A DNA stretch of 64,000 nucleotides from a virus: the IMG/VR virus record IMGVR_UViG_3300027690_000096; one strand, given 5' to 3'. Below the pieces are notes generated by a model. That model had not been told where the DNA came from, searched no databases, and saw only the letters and a list, made by a program, of their open reading frames with translations. Made by a program: the position numbers and the translations under genes. Shown here piece after piece: positions 1 to 9,769 of the stretch (positions are counted from its first letter, which is position 1; each line of letters begins with the position of its first letter).

Positions 1-17
1 GCTTAAATATTTCAAGA

Positions 18-371
18 TTGGATGATTATAATAAAAATTATGACATAGTAGAATTTTTAGAACATAATCGAAATGAATACTTCAGAAAGAAAAAAATATT
101 AGACGATCAATATAAACCAATCATACTAATCATATTAAAATCTTGCATTAAAGGAATATTCACAATGTTAATTATTTCAATATTTTTTGTTATATTAACC
201 ATATTATTTAAACTAAACAATTATGCCATTTTGCCTGATGGCTTTTGGCTTAAAAAGTGGTTTTTGATTCCTTTACTTACGGTAGCTCTAATACTTAACT
301 TCTTTTTTTATGAACTCGCGCTACATGAAATAAAACATGAACAATTAAAATCATATTATGGTATGAAATAA
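18..371 (+). CDS. Hypothetical membrane protein (2 TM)
   Basis: ORF track; two hydrophobic segments. Confidence 0.6.
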   Translation: MDDYNKNYDIVEFLEHNRNEYFRKKKILDDQYKPIILIILKSCIKGIFTMLIISIFFVILTILFKLNNYAILPDGFWLKKWFLIPLLTVALILNFFFYELALHEIKHEQLKSYYGMK

Positions 372-379
372 TAAATTAA

Positions 380-859
380 GTGAGATGTGAGGTGTTTATA
401 ATCGTAAAGAAAAAAACTATACAAATCAAAAAAATTGACCGAGAAAAGATGGCTCAAAATCTTGAATACATAGCTGATGATGTCAAGAATATTAAACTTA
501 TACCTAGGAAATATTTTGGATTAAAATCTCTCAGGATTAACCAAAATGAATACAACGCAATATTTACTTATTTTGGAAAGAAATATATTGGTTTGATATA
601 TATAATTGGTTTTATATATGAATTATTAACTACATCCTTTGGAATATGTCTATCTATAATATTATTAGTATGCCCATTAATAATTAATCAATTATTTATA
701 GTTAAATTTTCAATATTGATTTCAGGTGCTTTATTAATGTTCATTTCAATTAAATATTATTACTTAAGCTTTTTTGGGGAACAAAACTTTATTAGCTCAT
801 ATAAAGCAGTAAAAACTCTAAGACCAAAACTCAACAAATTAAGAGATGATAATCAATAA
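380..859 (+). CDS. Hypothetical membrane protein
   Basis: ORF track; hydrophobic central segments. Confidence 0.55.
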   Translation: MRCEVFIIVKKKTIQIKKIDREKMAQNLEYIADDVKNIKLIPRKYFGLKSLRINQNEYNAIFTYFGKKYIGLIYIIGFIYELLTTSFGICLSIILLVCPLIINQLFIVKFSILISGALLMFISIKYYYLSFFGEQNFISSYKAVKTLRPKLNKLRDDNQ

Positions 860-880
860 AAGATAAGTGAGATGTGAAAC

Positions 881-1297
881 ATGACAGACAATAAACAAAT
901 AGAAAAAAGCAAGGACAAAAAGAATAATACAATATTAGTAATCACAATATCAGCCGCTACGTTTTGTATATTAGTATTCTTTCTGATATTCGCATTAATT
1001 ACAACAAAAGTTGAAATTGAAACCGAAGGTTGGTGTAATTCAGGTTACATAGGACTTGACATAGAGGGCTACAACAATATCCAAAACAAGACTTGCACAA
1101 AACCTGTATGGGATAACGTAACGCAAAGCTATAAGGATTTACCTGACCCAGAAATGGAAAACATCACTTGCTTTATAGAGGATTATCAACTTAAACATGT
1201 AAAACTAAAAGACATAAACGGGCTTAACTGCGAAGGAAAAGCAAAGGTAAAAATGCCTTTCATATTAAGCATATTATGGGGTGGTATTTATGAATAA
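881..1297 (+). CDS. Single-pass membrane protein with Cys-containing ectodomain
   Basis: Basic N-terminus, one TM helix, four Cys in the extracellular part. Confidence 0.6.
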   Translation: MTDNKQIEKSKDKKNNTILVITISAATFCILVFFLIFALITTKVEIETEGWCNSGYIGLDIEGYNNIQNKTCTKPVWDNVTQSYKDLPDPEMENITCFIEDYQLKHVKLKDINGLNCEGKAKVKMPFILSILWGGIYE

Positions 1298-1826
1298 AAC
1301 AATAATAACAGCAATACTGATATCTGTCTTACTGATATCAGCAGCCTTTGCGCACAAGCCATACATCATCGGCAAGACAAAAAATGACATCCTTGTAAAA
1401 GAACCAGAGATATCCAAAGCATACTACGGAGAACTTAAAGGCGATGATATGTTTTATGTGATATCTTCAGACACGGATTTCGAGCTTTATGTCAACATAC
1501 TGGCTCCTGACCTATCGCCTGAAACACAACATAATAACAGCGATTTATCACTCTGGATAACAGACAATAATAACCTTGACATCCGACTTAAAGGCGAAGA
1601 CTGGAACTGGACAAAGTTCTATGAGGAATACGGAAGAGATAATTACCTTAAAGGCGCAGAATACAAAGCCAACGTATCATCTGGAATATATTACATCGTA
1701 GTCTACAGCAAAACAAACTCAGAGAAATATGCTCTCGTTATAGGCGAAAAGGAAGACTTTAATCTCTTCACATACATATCAGCATTCATAAAAGCAATAT
1801 ACCTCGACTGGTGGTTTTTCGAATGA
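1281..1826 (+). CDS. Secreted hypothetical protein
   Basis: Signal peptide (MNKTIITAILISVLLISAAFA), beta-rich body, aromatic C-terminal helix. Confidence 0.7.
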   Translation: MVFMNKTIITAILISVLLISAAFAHKPYIIGKTKNDILVKEPEISKAYYGELKGDDMFYVISSDTDFELYVNILAPDLSPETQHNNSDLSLWITDNNNLDIRLKGEDWNWTKFYEEYGRDNYLKGAEYKANVSSGIYYIVVYSKTNSEKYALVIGEKEDFNLFTYISAFIKAIYLDWWFFE

Positions 1827-2146
1827 TTGGCATACGATTGAGTTGGGAATGCGTAAATTGCGGGAACGTAATCAAGACAGTCTCTCCTTTTTGGGACGCT
1901 GAAGTCAGAAAGAAAATAGTTGAGCCCAAGAGATGCGGTTGCGGAAGAAAAGGCGAATTCAGACTTTTGAATTTCAGCAGATGCACATACCTTGTCCTTC
2001 CAGAAGGGACAAGGATTGTTGATAAGGATGGAAACACTGTATATGAGGAGAATAGCGAATCAACTGAAGCAGAAGAATCAGGGCTATCAGCAGAAAACAA
2101 TAACATAAGTTACAGCGATGATGACGATGAAACAATCAAAGACTAG
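1811..2146 (+). CDS. Small Zn-finger protein resembling the MCM zinc finger, with acidic tail
   Basis: ECVNCGNVIKT...EPKRCGCGRKGEFR aligns by eye with ECPSCGNIIPT...EPNHCGCGRRGKFR of the MCM at 56700-58781. Confidence 0.7.
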   Translation: MVFRMIGIRLSWECVNCGNVIKTVSPFWDAEVRKKIVEPKRCGCGRKGEFRLLNFSRCTYLVLPEGTRIVDKDGNTVYEENSESTEAEESGLSAENNNISYSDDDDETIKD

Positions 2147-2315
2147 AATCAACAAAAAGCATTTATGTTATTCCTGCAAATTGTATGACATTGATTGTGA
2201 CAAATGCGGTTTCAACGGAGAACCAGACATATTAAAATCAAAGGTTACCGAATGCGGAACATATGAGAAAATAGACGGGAGAAAGAGGAGAAAATATAAG
2301 AATTTGTATAATTAA
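2118..2315 (+). CDS. Small Cys-rich hypothetical protein
   Basis: Two CxxC motifs; in-operon position. Confidence 0.5.
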   Translation: MMTMKQSKTRINKKHLCYSCKLYDIDCDKCGFNGEPDILKSKVTECGTYEKIDGRKRRKYKNLYN

Positions 2316-2321
2316 TTTAAA

Positions 2322-3377
2322 ATGAACCTCTCAACTGAGTTATCATTGGCTGAATTGACCCCTGAAGTCATTGCGCAAATAGACTTGAGAGTTGCAGGAC
2401 AGATTGTCAGAGGCAGAGCAATACACCTGTCCCACAAGGTCAACGAAGAGCTAATGCAACCTATCAGTCATTGGCTTGACGACCCAGACTGGATGACTCG
2501 GTTTACTGTATATGATGGCGAATTGCCTAATTGGGCAGTTTATAAGCAAAAACAGCGAGAGTGGGATGAATACCAGAAACAAGAACAAGCTATTAAGATG
2601 CGGTTGTATTGGTCAGAGGTTACTAGACTAAGGAACATGAGATCAGAAGTTTCAAAGATGTTAGCTGAATCAAGACTATCTAATGACATTGACATACAAC
2701 CCACAGACACGCCATGCGCAGACAATCCTTGCAGTGAAGATTACATCTCGCCTTTGCTTGAATCATACAGCCCAATCGCTGAACACAAGCGAAACATAAG
2801 ACAGGAATTCATCCAATCCCTTAGCCAGTCGATATCAAACCTTTTGCCGTGGCGAACCATCCTATTGTCGGAGATAAGCGAAAGCCTAAACCGAAGCCAG
2901 TCTGATTCACTTTCACTCTCAAGCCTTCAGATATATTATGAAGAAGACAAAAAGAAAGACATCGCTTCTAAGCTGATGCATCTATTACAGCTTGACAAAG
3001 ACGGCGACATCACAATTTCACAATCTGAGCCTTTCGGGGAAATATCTGTATCAATACCTTCTTTAGCTGGTATCGACTCCATAAAAACAAACACCAACAT
3101 CAACACCTACATTGAAAACAAGAATCCCCCAGATTCTTATAGTAATACACACAATCCAGTTGAAGAATGCAGATACGCTTTCCAAACAAATCGATTCCTC
3201 TCTCTGGAAGGCTCAGAACTTTCAAACAAACATCTGATTGACTATCCGTCTGACATCAACATTCAGGACACAGACGGGAACACTTACCTATTCGACTGGA
3301 AACAGCTCAGCAATGCCCAGAGGAACAAGGTCATTGCCGATATAAAATCCAACAAAATACTATGCAAGGCGATATAG
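2322..3377 (+). CDS. Hypothetical protein containing a ScpA/kleisin-like C-terminal winged-helix motif
   Basis: Segment ASKLMHLLQLDKDGDITISQSEPFGEISV matches the remembered ScpA pattern LL.L...g.I.i.Q.e.FG.I. Confidence 0.55.
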   Translation: MNLSTELSLAELTPEVIAQIDLRVAGQIVRGRAIHLSHKVNEELMQPISHWLDDPDWMTRFTVYDGELPNWAVYKQKQREWDEYQKQEQAIKMRLYWSEVTRLRNMRSEVSKMLAESRLSNDIDIQPTDTPCADNPCSEDYISPLLESYSPIAEHKRNIRQEFIQSLSQSISNLLPWRTILLSEISESLNRSQSDSLSLSSLQIYYEEDKKKDIASKLMHLLQLDKDGDITISQSEPFGEISVSIPSLAGIDSIKTNTNINTYIENKNPPDSYSNTHNPVEECRYAFQTNRFLSLEGSELSNKHLIDYPSDINIQDTDGNTYLFDWKQLSNAQRNKVIADIKSNKILCKAI

Positions 3378-3723
3378 ACATCACATAACATTCACAGAGG
3401 GTCCCCTCAAGATTCTGTGATTAATGGCAGATGACAATGTTTTGGAAACACCTCTTTTTCGTTGCCAAATGAAGCCTACCCTACACAATCGCAGAACCTC
3501 ATCAAATCAAATCAAAAATCCACATATAAAATAAACTTAAAAAAAAATCAAACTAATAAAAATCAAAAGCAAAACCAAAACTCATCATACCATCGTCGGA
3601 ATGATGAGTTCTTGATACAGCTTTTATCAGTTAATAATATTCGCAATGCATAACGATACAGTAGGTTATGCGTATTAATACAGCGATAAATGGATATTAT
3701 ACGCAATTGAGAGGTCAGACAAA

Positions 3724-4116
3724 ATGCACAAAATAACCAAAGAAGAAGCAAAAGAATTTGTTTTAAAACAAAACTACGAGATTATACTTAGCACTAAATT
3801 AAGTAATTATACAATAGATGATAACTCTTATGATACTATTTACTTTCCAATATCCAAAGAAGAATTTATGAAAGAAATTCAAGAAGAAGAAGTTGTATGG
3901 ACATCAGAAGGAGAGATTTTAGGATATTGGGATGATTGGGAAGAATTGCTTGATAATTTAGTACAAAGTTCAGAAGAAACAGAAGAAGAGTTTTGTTTAT
4001 TTTGTGCAGAAAGAGATATTGATTGGAAAGATTATGTAGAAGAGTCTGACCTCTCAACTCAAGCAAAATCAAAGATTTTGGCGTATAATAAAGGTTATGA
4101 GGTAAATCAAAAATGA
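3724..4116 (+). CDS. Acidic phage-like hypothetical protein
   Basis: ORF track; GAGGT RBS upstream. Confidence 0.6.
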   Translation: MHKITKEEAKEFVLKQNYEIILSTKLSNYTIDDNSYDTIYFPISKEEFMKEIQEEEVVWTSEGEILGYWDDWEELLDNLVQSSEETEEEFCLFCAERDIDWKDYVEESDLSTQAKSKILAYNKGYEVNQK

Positions 4117-4194
4117 TTTACCCAAATTGGCTAAAGCCAACTTCTCATAACCTAAATATTATGTTCAATAAAAACCCATACGGAGAATGATAAG

Positions 4195-4557
4195 ATGAAA
4201 GAGATAATATTACCAGATGATTGTTACAAGCATCCAGATAGAGATTATACTTGGGAGATGGATTGGATGGAAATTGAAGATAAGATTAAAGAATTGAGAA
4301 AACAGATATATCATCTTCAAAATTGTAGAAAGAAACAACCACAAATAGCCGTATTCAGAAAAGAGAAATATGGAGATGGGGAGATGAGGGTTCATGTTTT
4401 CAGAGGTTTCAAAATCATGGATGAAAAAGAACGGCTATTTTGTGCTGATAATTGGCATCCAATCCAAGAGAATGAAGCTAAACAACTAAAAGAAAAGTAT
4501 AATCTCACAGAAGATGCTTTGAGGGTAATAGATGAAACACTTAAACAAAATAAATAG
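4195..4557 (+). CDS. Hypothetical protein
   Basis: ORF track; GGAGA RBS-like sequence upstream. Confidence 0.6.
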   Translation: MKEIILPDDCYKHPDRDYTWEMDWMEIEDKIKELRKQIYHLQNCRKKQPQIAVFRKEKYGDGEMRVHVFRGFKIMDEKERLFCADNWHPIQENEAKQLKEKYNLTEDALRVIDETLKQNK

Positions 4558-4989
4558 TCCGTCTGGGTTTTTACTTTGCCCTAACGGACAACTCTCTAAC
4601 GAGAGGAACATAATAGGAATTCCGATATTAAGTGAAATTTAAATCAGGTGCTAAAATGGAAGAAGAAATTAAATGCTGTGAAACTTGTAGGTTTCATTAT
4701 TTAAGTGGAACATATAATAGTCCAAAATGTTTCCCATTTAAAAATAACACTTGTGTTTATAAGACAAATTCAGAATTTAATAAATTTAGAGGTAACTGAA
4801 ATGTTTATAAGAATGAATGAAGGAGAAAGTATTGTTATACAAGCAAGAAATTCTGATAACCCGAAGAAATCTATATGTGTTATTTGTAGAGGAAATTGGG
4901 TTGGACTAAAAGAATTTGATAACGCACCTGATATTAAACGAAATTCCGAAAAAACCATTACGAGCTTAAAAACAAATTGAAAACAACAA

Positions 4990-5568
4990 ATGACTCCCAA
5001 AACAAAATCCAAGCAAAATAGGATATATAAGCAGAAACTTTTCTTAGTTTCGTTGCGAGATAAACTCATTGAGTTTGATGATCCAAATCCGTCAATCATC
5101 ACTCACGACAGCTATGAATACATTGTCAAGAACATCTCAGGCATTGGCAGGATTCCAGCTATCCGCTTTTTTCCATATGGTAGAACCGTCAAAATAAAGG
5201 CTGATATAATGCGTTCTGCTAATATACATGACCATAAGCTTGAGAAAGAGATAGATGAAATTCGGGCAAAATACACACCAAAAGTCGCAAAGGACAAGGA
5301 AAGCCGTATCCTTGCAAGAAGGTTTGAATCCTATTGGAACAGCTATTGGCGAGGCGTAAGAACCGCTATTAATCGTATCGAGCAAGCACAAAAGCTCTTT
5401 ATCACGAGCAAATCTGAAACCATCAGTAAGCCTATGCAAATCCTGATGGGAAACAAGCTGAATATGATTCATAAGAATAATCAAACTAATCAAGATAATC
5501 AAACTAATCAAAATAATCAAAATCAGAAAACTAAATCGTATGCAGACGAACTCATGGAGGTAGATTAA
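4990..5568 (+). CDS. Hypothetical basic protein with C-terminal NQT/NQD tandem repeat
   Basis: ORF track; repeat at about 5478-5525. Confidence 0.65.
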   Translation: MTPKTKSKQNRIYKQKLFLVSLRDKLIEFDDPNPSIITHDSYEYIVKNISGIGRIPAIRFFPYGRTVKIKADIMRSANIHDHKLEKEIDEIRAKYTPKVAKDKESRILARRFESYWNSYWRGVRTAINRIEQAQKLFITSKSETISKPMQILMGNKLNMIHKNNQTNQDNQTNQNNQNQKTKSYADELMEVD

Positions 5569-5578
5569 GATTGCAGTA

Positions 5579-5917
5579 ATGGAACATCAAAAAGGAAACT
5601 GCTTCTTCGGGAATGATAAGCCATGCGATGATTGTCCTGAAGCAAAACATTGCAGAAATTATACAAAATTAAATAAAATTAATTACGAAGATAAACCTGA
5701 AGAAGAAAGAATCAAAAAGGTGTTATTAAAAATATTACAAGAAAGGCAGGTAACCCACTTATCTGCTGGGACAATGATTTGTTTTTGTAATGTTTGTGGT
5801 AACAGGGCAGATATTCTTGTTGATGGGGTTTGTAATTGTTGTAAAAGAGGTCAACATAAATTATACACAACGAAAGAAGTAATAGAAGTCATAAGACGCC
5901 TGGTATCAAGGCAATAG
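5579..5917 (+). CDS. Cys-rich (Zn-binding) hypothetical protein
   Basis: Several CxxC motifs. Confidence 0.6.
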   Translation: MEHQKGNCFFGNDKPCDDCPEAKHCRNYTKLNKINYEDKPEEERIKKVLLKILQERQVTHLSAGTMICFCNVCGNRADILVDGVCNCCKRGQHKLYTTKEVIEVIRRLVSRQ

Positions 5918-5929
5918 ACATAAACAAGG

Positions 5930-6202
5930 GTGATTAAAACGAAAAGAGAAAAGAAATCAATATGGGTCAGTCTTTACAAACATCCGAAAAATAATGAAAT
6001 CTTAATCGAGCTTGGCAAAATAAACGCCTCAGAAATGATTTACAATTTTGATAAAAATAAAAAGGAATTTATTGAAATTGGCTATCCTCATCTATTCGAA
6101 TATGTCAGATTGCCAAGGCTGATGAACTATAACGAAATGACTGAATGGATAGGCACACAAGAAGAAATCAGACAGAAGATTGAAAGGTATAGTCAAAAAT
6201 GA
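5930..6202 (+). CDS. Hypothetical protein
   Basis: ORF track; stop overlaps next start. Confidence 0.5.
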   Translation: MIKTKREKKSIWVSLYKHPKNNEILIELGKINASEMIYNFDKNKKEFIEIGYPHLFEYVRLPRLMNYNEMTEWIGTQEEIRQKIERYSQK

Positions 6203-6564
6203 ACATCCTAGTAACAACCCCAAAATCTGAAATCGATACCTCCAGAAAAGAAGGACAAATGGTCGAACAGGAAGGAGGATATTGGTTCAGAACATTCAAG
6301 TTCAAGCCGAAGGTTGAGCCTGGCGACAAAATATTCTTCACAAACGGATTCATCAAAGGCTATGGGATAATCTTCGAAGTCTCACAAGCCGATGAAGAAG
6401 GAGAACAATGCGAACTCACAGGCAGAATATGGAGTGGGAATTGGATAGTCAAATACCACGACTGGCACTGGCTACATACTCATATTCCATTCAAAGGATT
6501 TCAAGGCATTCGATACATAGACAGAATGCCTGAGCTGAAAGATAAACTCATGGAGGTTGAATGA
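6199..6564 (+). CDS. ASCH/EVE (PUA-fold)-like protein
   Basis: PGDKIFF..GFIKGYGII and PFKGFQGIRY motifs resemble phage ASCH-like proteins. Confidence 0.5.
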   Translation: MNILVTTPKSEIDTSRKEGQMVEQEGGYWFRTFKFKPKVEPGDKIFFTNGFIKGYGIIFEVSQADEEGEQCELTGRIWSGNWIVKYHDWHWLHTHIPFKGFQGIRYIDRMPELKDKLMEVE

Positions 6565-6716
6565 TATGGCACTTGCTTATGTTGAGGCTCATAATAAAAT
6601 CGAACAGGCGATAAACCTTCTTGATGGCTATTCAGCATTCAAGGACATACAGGATGATTTGAAGATATTGAAAGAAAAAATGGCAGATTTAATTTGGTAA
6701 TCTTATTACAAAACAC

Positions 6717-6745
6717 TTGACAACTTCATAACAAGATTTTAACAT
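6717..6745 (+). promoter_or_regulatory. Bacterial sigma70-type promoter
   Basis: TTGACA (6717-6722), 17-nt spacer, TAACAT (6740-6745), upstream of the AbrB-like gene. Confidence 0.6.
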
Positions 6746-6784
6746 CCCACGTTAAATAATAACACCAAAACAAAGGAGAACGTT

Positions 6785-7288
6785 ATGCCTAGAAGAAAAG
6801 AAGTTGATAATAAAGCCCTGCTCAAAGATATCAAAGAAGGAATCTCTCAAGCAGATTTGTTAAAGAAATATGGCTTTAAAAGTGCAATTTCGTTAAAAAT
6901 GGCACAGCTCAAAGCTCTTGAAGAAGAACAAGGTATAATCCCAATCAAAGGAACAGGCAGATCAAGGAAATCTAAACCTATTGAATTAAATGTAAAAATC
7001 AATTCAAGAGGCTCTTTAATACTGCCAAAAGTCCTAATTGAAAGCATGGACTTCAAGCAAGGCGAAAGCTTTGAAGTAAAAAGAACTCCATCGGGTATCA
7101 TGCTGAAGTCTGTTGAAGAATCACGAACCGCTCAACAGCAGTCAGAACAAGAACCTTCAGATACTCAATCATCCGAACAAGCGTCTGAACAATCCCACCT
7201 GGGAGACCAGCCTGATAAGGCAGATAAGGCTGATAAGGTAGAAAAAGCTGAAAAGAAAGAAAGGAAAGCAAAAAAGACTGAAGATTAA
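6785..7288 (+). CDS. AbrB/MazE/SpoVT-family DNA-binding protein with N-terminal helical domain and low-complexity tail
   Basis: KINSRGSLILPKVLIESMDFKQGESFEV is a swapped-hairpin AbrB motif; AAGGAG RBS. Confidence 0.75.
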   Translation: MPRRKEVDNKALLKDIKEGISQADLLKKYGFKSAISLKMAQLKALEEEQGIIPIKGTGRSRKSKPIELNVKINSRGSLILPKVLIESMDFKQGESFEVKRTPSGIMLKSVEESRTAQQQSEQEPSDTQSSEQASEQSHLGDQPDKADKADKVEKAEKKERKAKKTED

Positions 7289-7697
7289 TCTAAGGTTAAT
7301 CGAAGGTTAACGGGCAACATTTTTACTAAAACCTCTATAACACCAAAATTTAAAGCCATCAGCCTTTAATTCGGCAAATAGCCCTTTGCTATAAAACTAC
7401 TTGTTTGCCATACCTTTTATATATACACTCGCCTCAATACCACCCCCCGACGACAAACCTAAAAATCTCACAATCCCCCAATAGTCAGAATCCAAGACCT
7501 CCCTAAAAATCCATCAAAAATTATCCAATTGCCCAGGAAATACCCCTTATGAAATAGGTTCCATCACAAAAATACACTTTTCGTAACCAAACGATTTTTC
7601 AAAAACAATGAAAATGCCTAAATCCTCACTTTTTGGAAATAGGTGGATTTTGGACATTTTGACAAATTGGACAACAGAATAAAACAGGTGATTTGAT

Positions 7698-8225
7698 ATG
7701 AAACAAGCGGACTATCATGCAAAACTCAAGATTGCTAAGTCAGATAAGATAGCTTTAGATAGATATAAGATATATAGAGTGACAGACCCTATCCAGTTTG
7801 CCTATTTATTCTTCCCTGCAAGAAACGCAACACATTCAAGAGCAGCATTCTTGGCTATATATTTTGAGATCAAGAATGCTGAAAAGCAAAGACTACCAAC
7901 TACTGAGCATATACCTGAAAAATATGACATCAATAGAGCAACGGTCATAAAAGCAAGGACAAAGATGGTAAGTCTCGGGCTTATATCAAAACAAAGATAT
8001 GGTTGGATATTTTGCAGTGTCTTTAAGAACACACTTGAAAAATTACTTGAGTTGATAGAAACCTATAAAAGTCCTATTGAAAGGATAAGCCAGCTTGAAG
8101 GCGAAAAAATGTATATAGAAATGGCTAAAGGAGAACTCAAAAAAGAAAATCAAGAAGATGGTGATGAATTCATCTTTGGCAAAACAAAAAAATGGATTAG
8201 AAGAATCCATATTGATGATGATTAA
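7698..8225 (+). CDS. Winged-helix-type DNA-binding hypothetical protein
   Basis: IPEKYDINRATVIKARTKMVSLGLI is HTH-like. Confidence 0.55.
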   Translation: MKQADYHAKLKIAKSDKIALDRYKIYRVTDPIQFAYLFFPARNATHSRAAFLAIYFEIKNAEKQRLPTTEHIPEKYDINRATVIKARTKMVSLGLISKQRYGWIFCSVFKNTLEKLLELIETYKSPIERISQLEGEKMYIEMAKGELKKENQEDGDEFIFGKTKKWIRRIHIDDD

Positions 8226-8226
8226 C

Positions 8227-8610
8227 TTATTTTCTACATATTTCTTCTCTTTGGATTAATGGTAATCTTATAATAAGTTCGGAAATAGAGTCATCTTCTT
8301 TAAGCCAATGTTTTAAATTCCCTAAAATAACTCCTGCGTATGGATTATTATTTCCATCATCAATAAAATAGTTCACCCAAAGACCATCTTTTGCAGAATA
8401 AACCAGTCCTGCCTTTTCTAATACCTTTAAGTGCCTAGAAACATTACATTGAGATATTCCTAACCCTTCTTGAAGTTCACATACACACATTGAGCGGTGC
8501 TGAAGCATCTTTACAATTTTAACCCTGTTTGTATCTGAAAGAGCTTTAGTTACCTTTATGAATTCTTTCATATAAGAACCTGAATGAGATTCATGTAATT
8601 TTGTTCTCAT
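8227..8610 (-). CDS. ArsR/SmtB family transcriptional repressor (likely start at 8571, MKEF)
   Basis: KALSDTNRVKIV..MCVCEL...GISQCNVSRHLKVLEKAGLV...DGLWVNY, with CVC metal site. Confidence 0.92.
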   Translation of the reverse strand: MRTKLHESHSGSYMKEFIKVTKALSDTNRVKIVKMLQHRSMCVCELQEGLGISQCNVSRHLKVLEKAGLVYSAKDGLWVNYFIDDGNNNPYAGVILGNLKHWLKEDDSISELIIRLPLIQREEICRK

Positions 8611-8785
8611 TGTAACATCCCTTGAAAATTAAGAGTATTTGAGTTTAAACTAAAGATAACCAATTGTTATCATTGATATTATGTATTGACATTTCTAATT
8701 AAATTGTATATTTTTTAGGTGAAAATTTGACTTTTTTTTTAATATGTCTCAGAAGTATTTTGCAACTATTTTTTTGGATGAATCG

Positions 8786-8814
8786 TTGACATACGAATAT
8801 ATTTCTATTATATT
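8786..8814 (+). promoter_or_regulatory. Bacterial sigma70-type promoter
   Basis: TTGACA (8786-8791), 17-nt spacer, TATATT (8809-8814), upstream of the methyltransferase. Confidence 0.65.
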
Positions 8815-8839
8815 TTAACTTTTAAAAAATAGAGGGGAT

Positions 8840-9769
8840 ATGCTTGATAATATTTTTTTAACTAAACATTTCGATTATTTAGAGAAAGAAGATAGAATGG
8901 CAGTCCGTTCAGACTGCTTAAAAGTTCTATCACAAATAAAAGATAATTCAATCAACCTTATCTTTGCAGACCCACCATATAACATAGGCAAGGATTTTGG
9001 TAACGTAAAGGATAAACTAGCTAAAGATGATTACCTCTCATGGTGTAAGCTATGGATAGATGAATGCTGGCGTATTTTGGCTCACGATGGAACATTCTAT
9101 TTTATGACTGCAACTCAGAATATGTCATATCTTGACGTATATGTTGATGAAAAATATAATGTTCTTTCAAGAATAGTATGGTTTTATGATAGTTCAGGTG
9201 TGCAGTCAAAGAACTATTATGGGTCATTATATGAGCCTATAATAATGCTTGTAAAAAATCCTAAAAAATACACATTCAATGCCTCTGATATTCTTATTGA
9301 GGCAAGAACTGGTGCTGTCCGAAAACTGATAGATTATAGAAAAGACCCACCTCAACCATATAATCATAAGAAAGTTCCAGGTAATGTATGGGAGTTCCCA
9401 CGTGTAAGGTATCGTATGAAAGAATATGAGAATCATCCCACACAAAAACCTTCAGCACTTCTTGAAAGGATTATACTTGCATCAAGCAATCCTTGTGATA
9501 TAGTCCTTGATCCTTTTGCTGGAACTTTCACAACAAATGAAGTTGCATATCAAAAAGGTAGAAAAACAATAGGTATAGAAATAAATGAGGATTTCTATAA
9601 GATTGGTCTACGTCGGCTTAAAATAATAAAGGAATATAATGGTGAACAGCTTGAGCGTGACCTAAGTAGGAAAACCAATAACTTATCAAAACATGTCAGA
9701 GATAACGAAGTTAACAAATGCACGGAATATAAACCACCTGTTCAAAACATACTTTTTAATCAGATATGA
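8840..9769 (+). CDS. yhdJ: Beta-class DNA adenine methyltransferase, YhdJ-like
   Basis: DPPY near N-terminus, HPTQKP, DPFAGT SAM motif at C-terminus; YEPI..VKNPKKYTFNA..I..EARTGA.RKLIDYRK resembles YhdJ. Confidence 0.88.
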   Translation: MLDNIFLTKHFDYLEKEDRMAVRSDCLKVLSQIKDNSINLIFADPPYNIGKDFGNVKDKLAKDDYLSWCKLWIDECWRILAHDGTFYFMTATQNMSYLDVYVDEKYNVLSRIVWFYDSSGVQSKNYYGSLYEPIIMLVKNPKKYTFNASDILIEARTGAVRKLIDYRKDPPQPYNHKKVPGNVWEFPRVRYRMKEYENHPTQKPSALLERIILASSNPCDIVLDPFAGTFTTNEVAYQKGRKTIGIEINEDFYKIGLRRLKIIKEYNGEQLERDLSRKTNNLSKHVRDNEVNKCTEYKPPVQNILFNQI

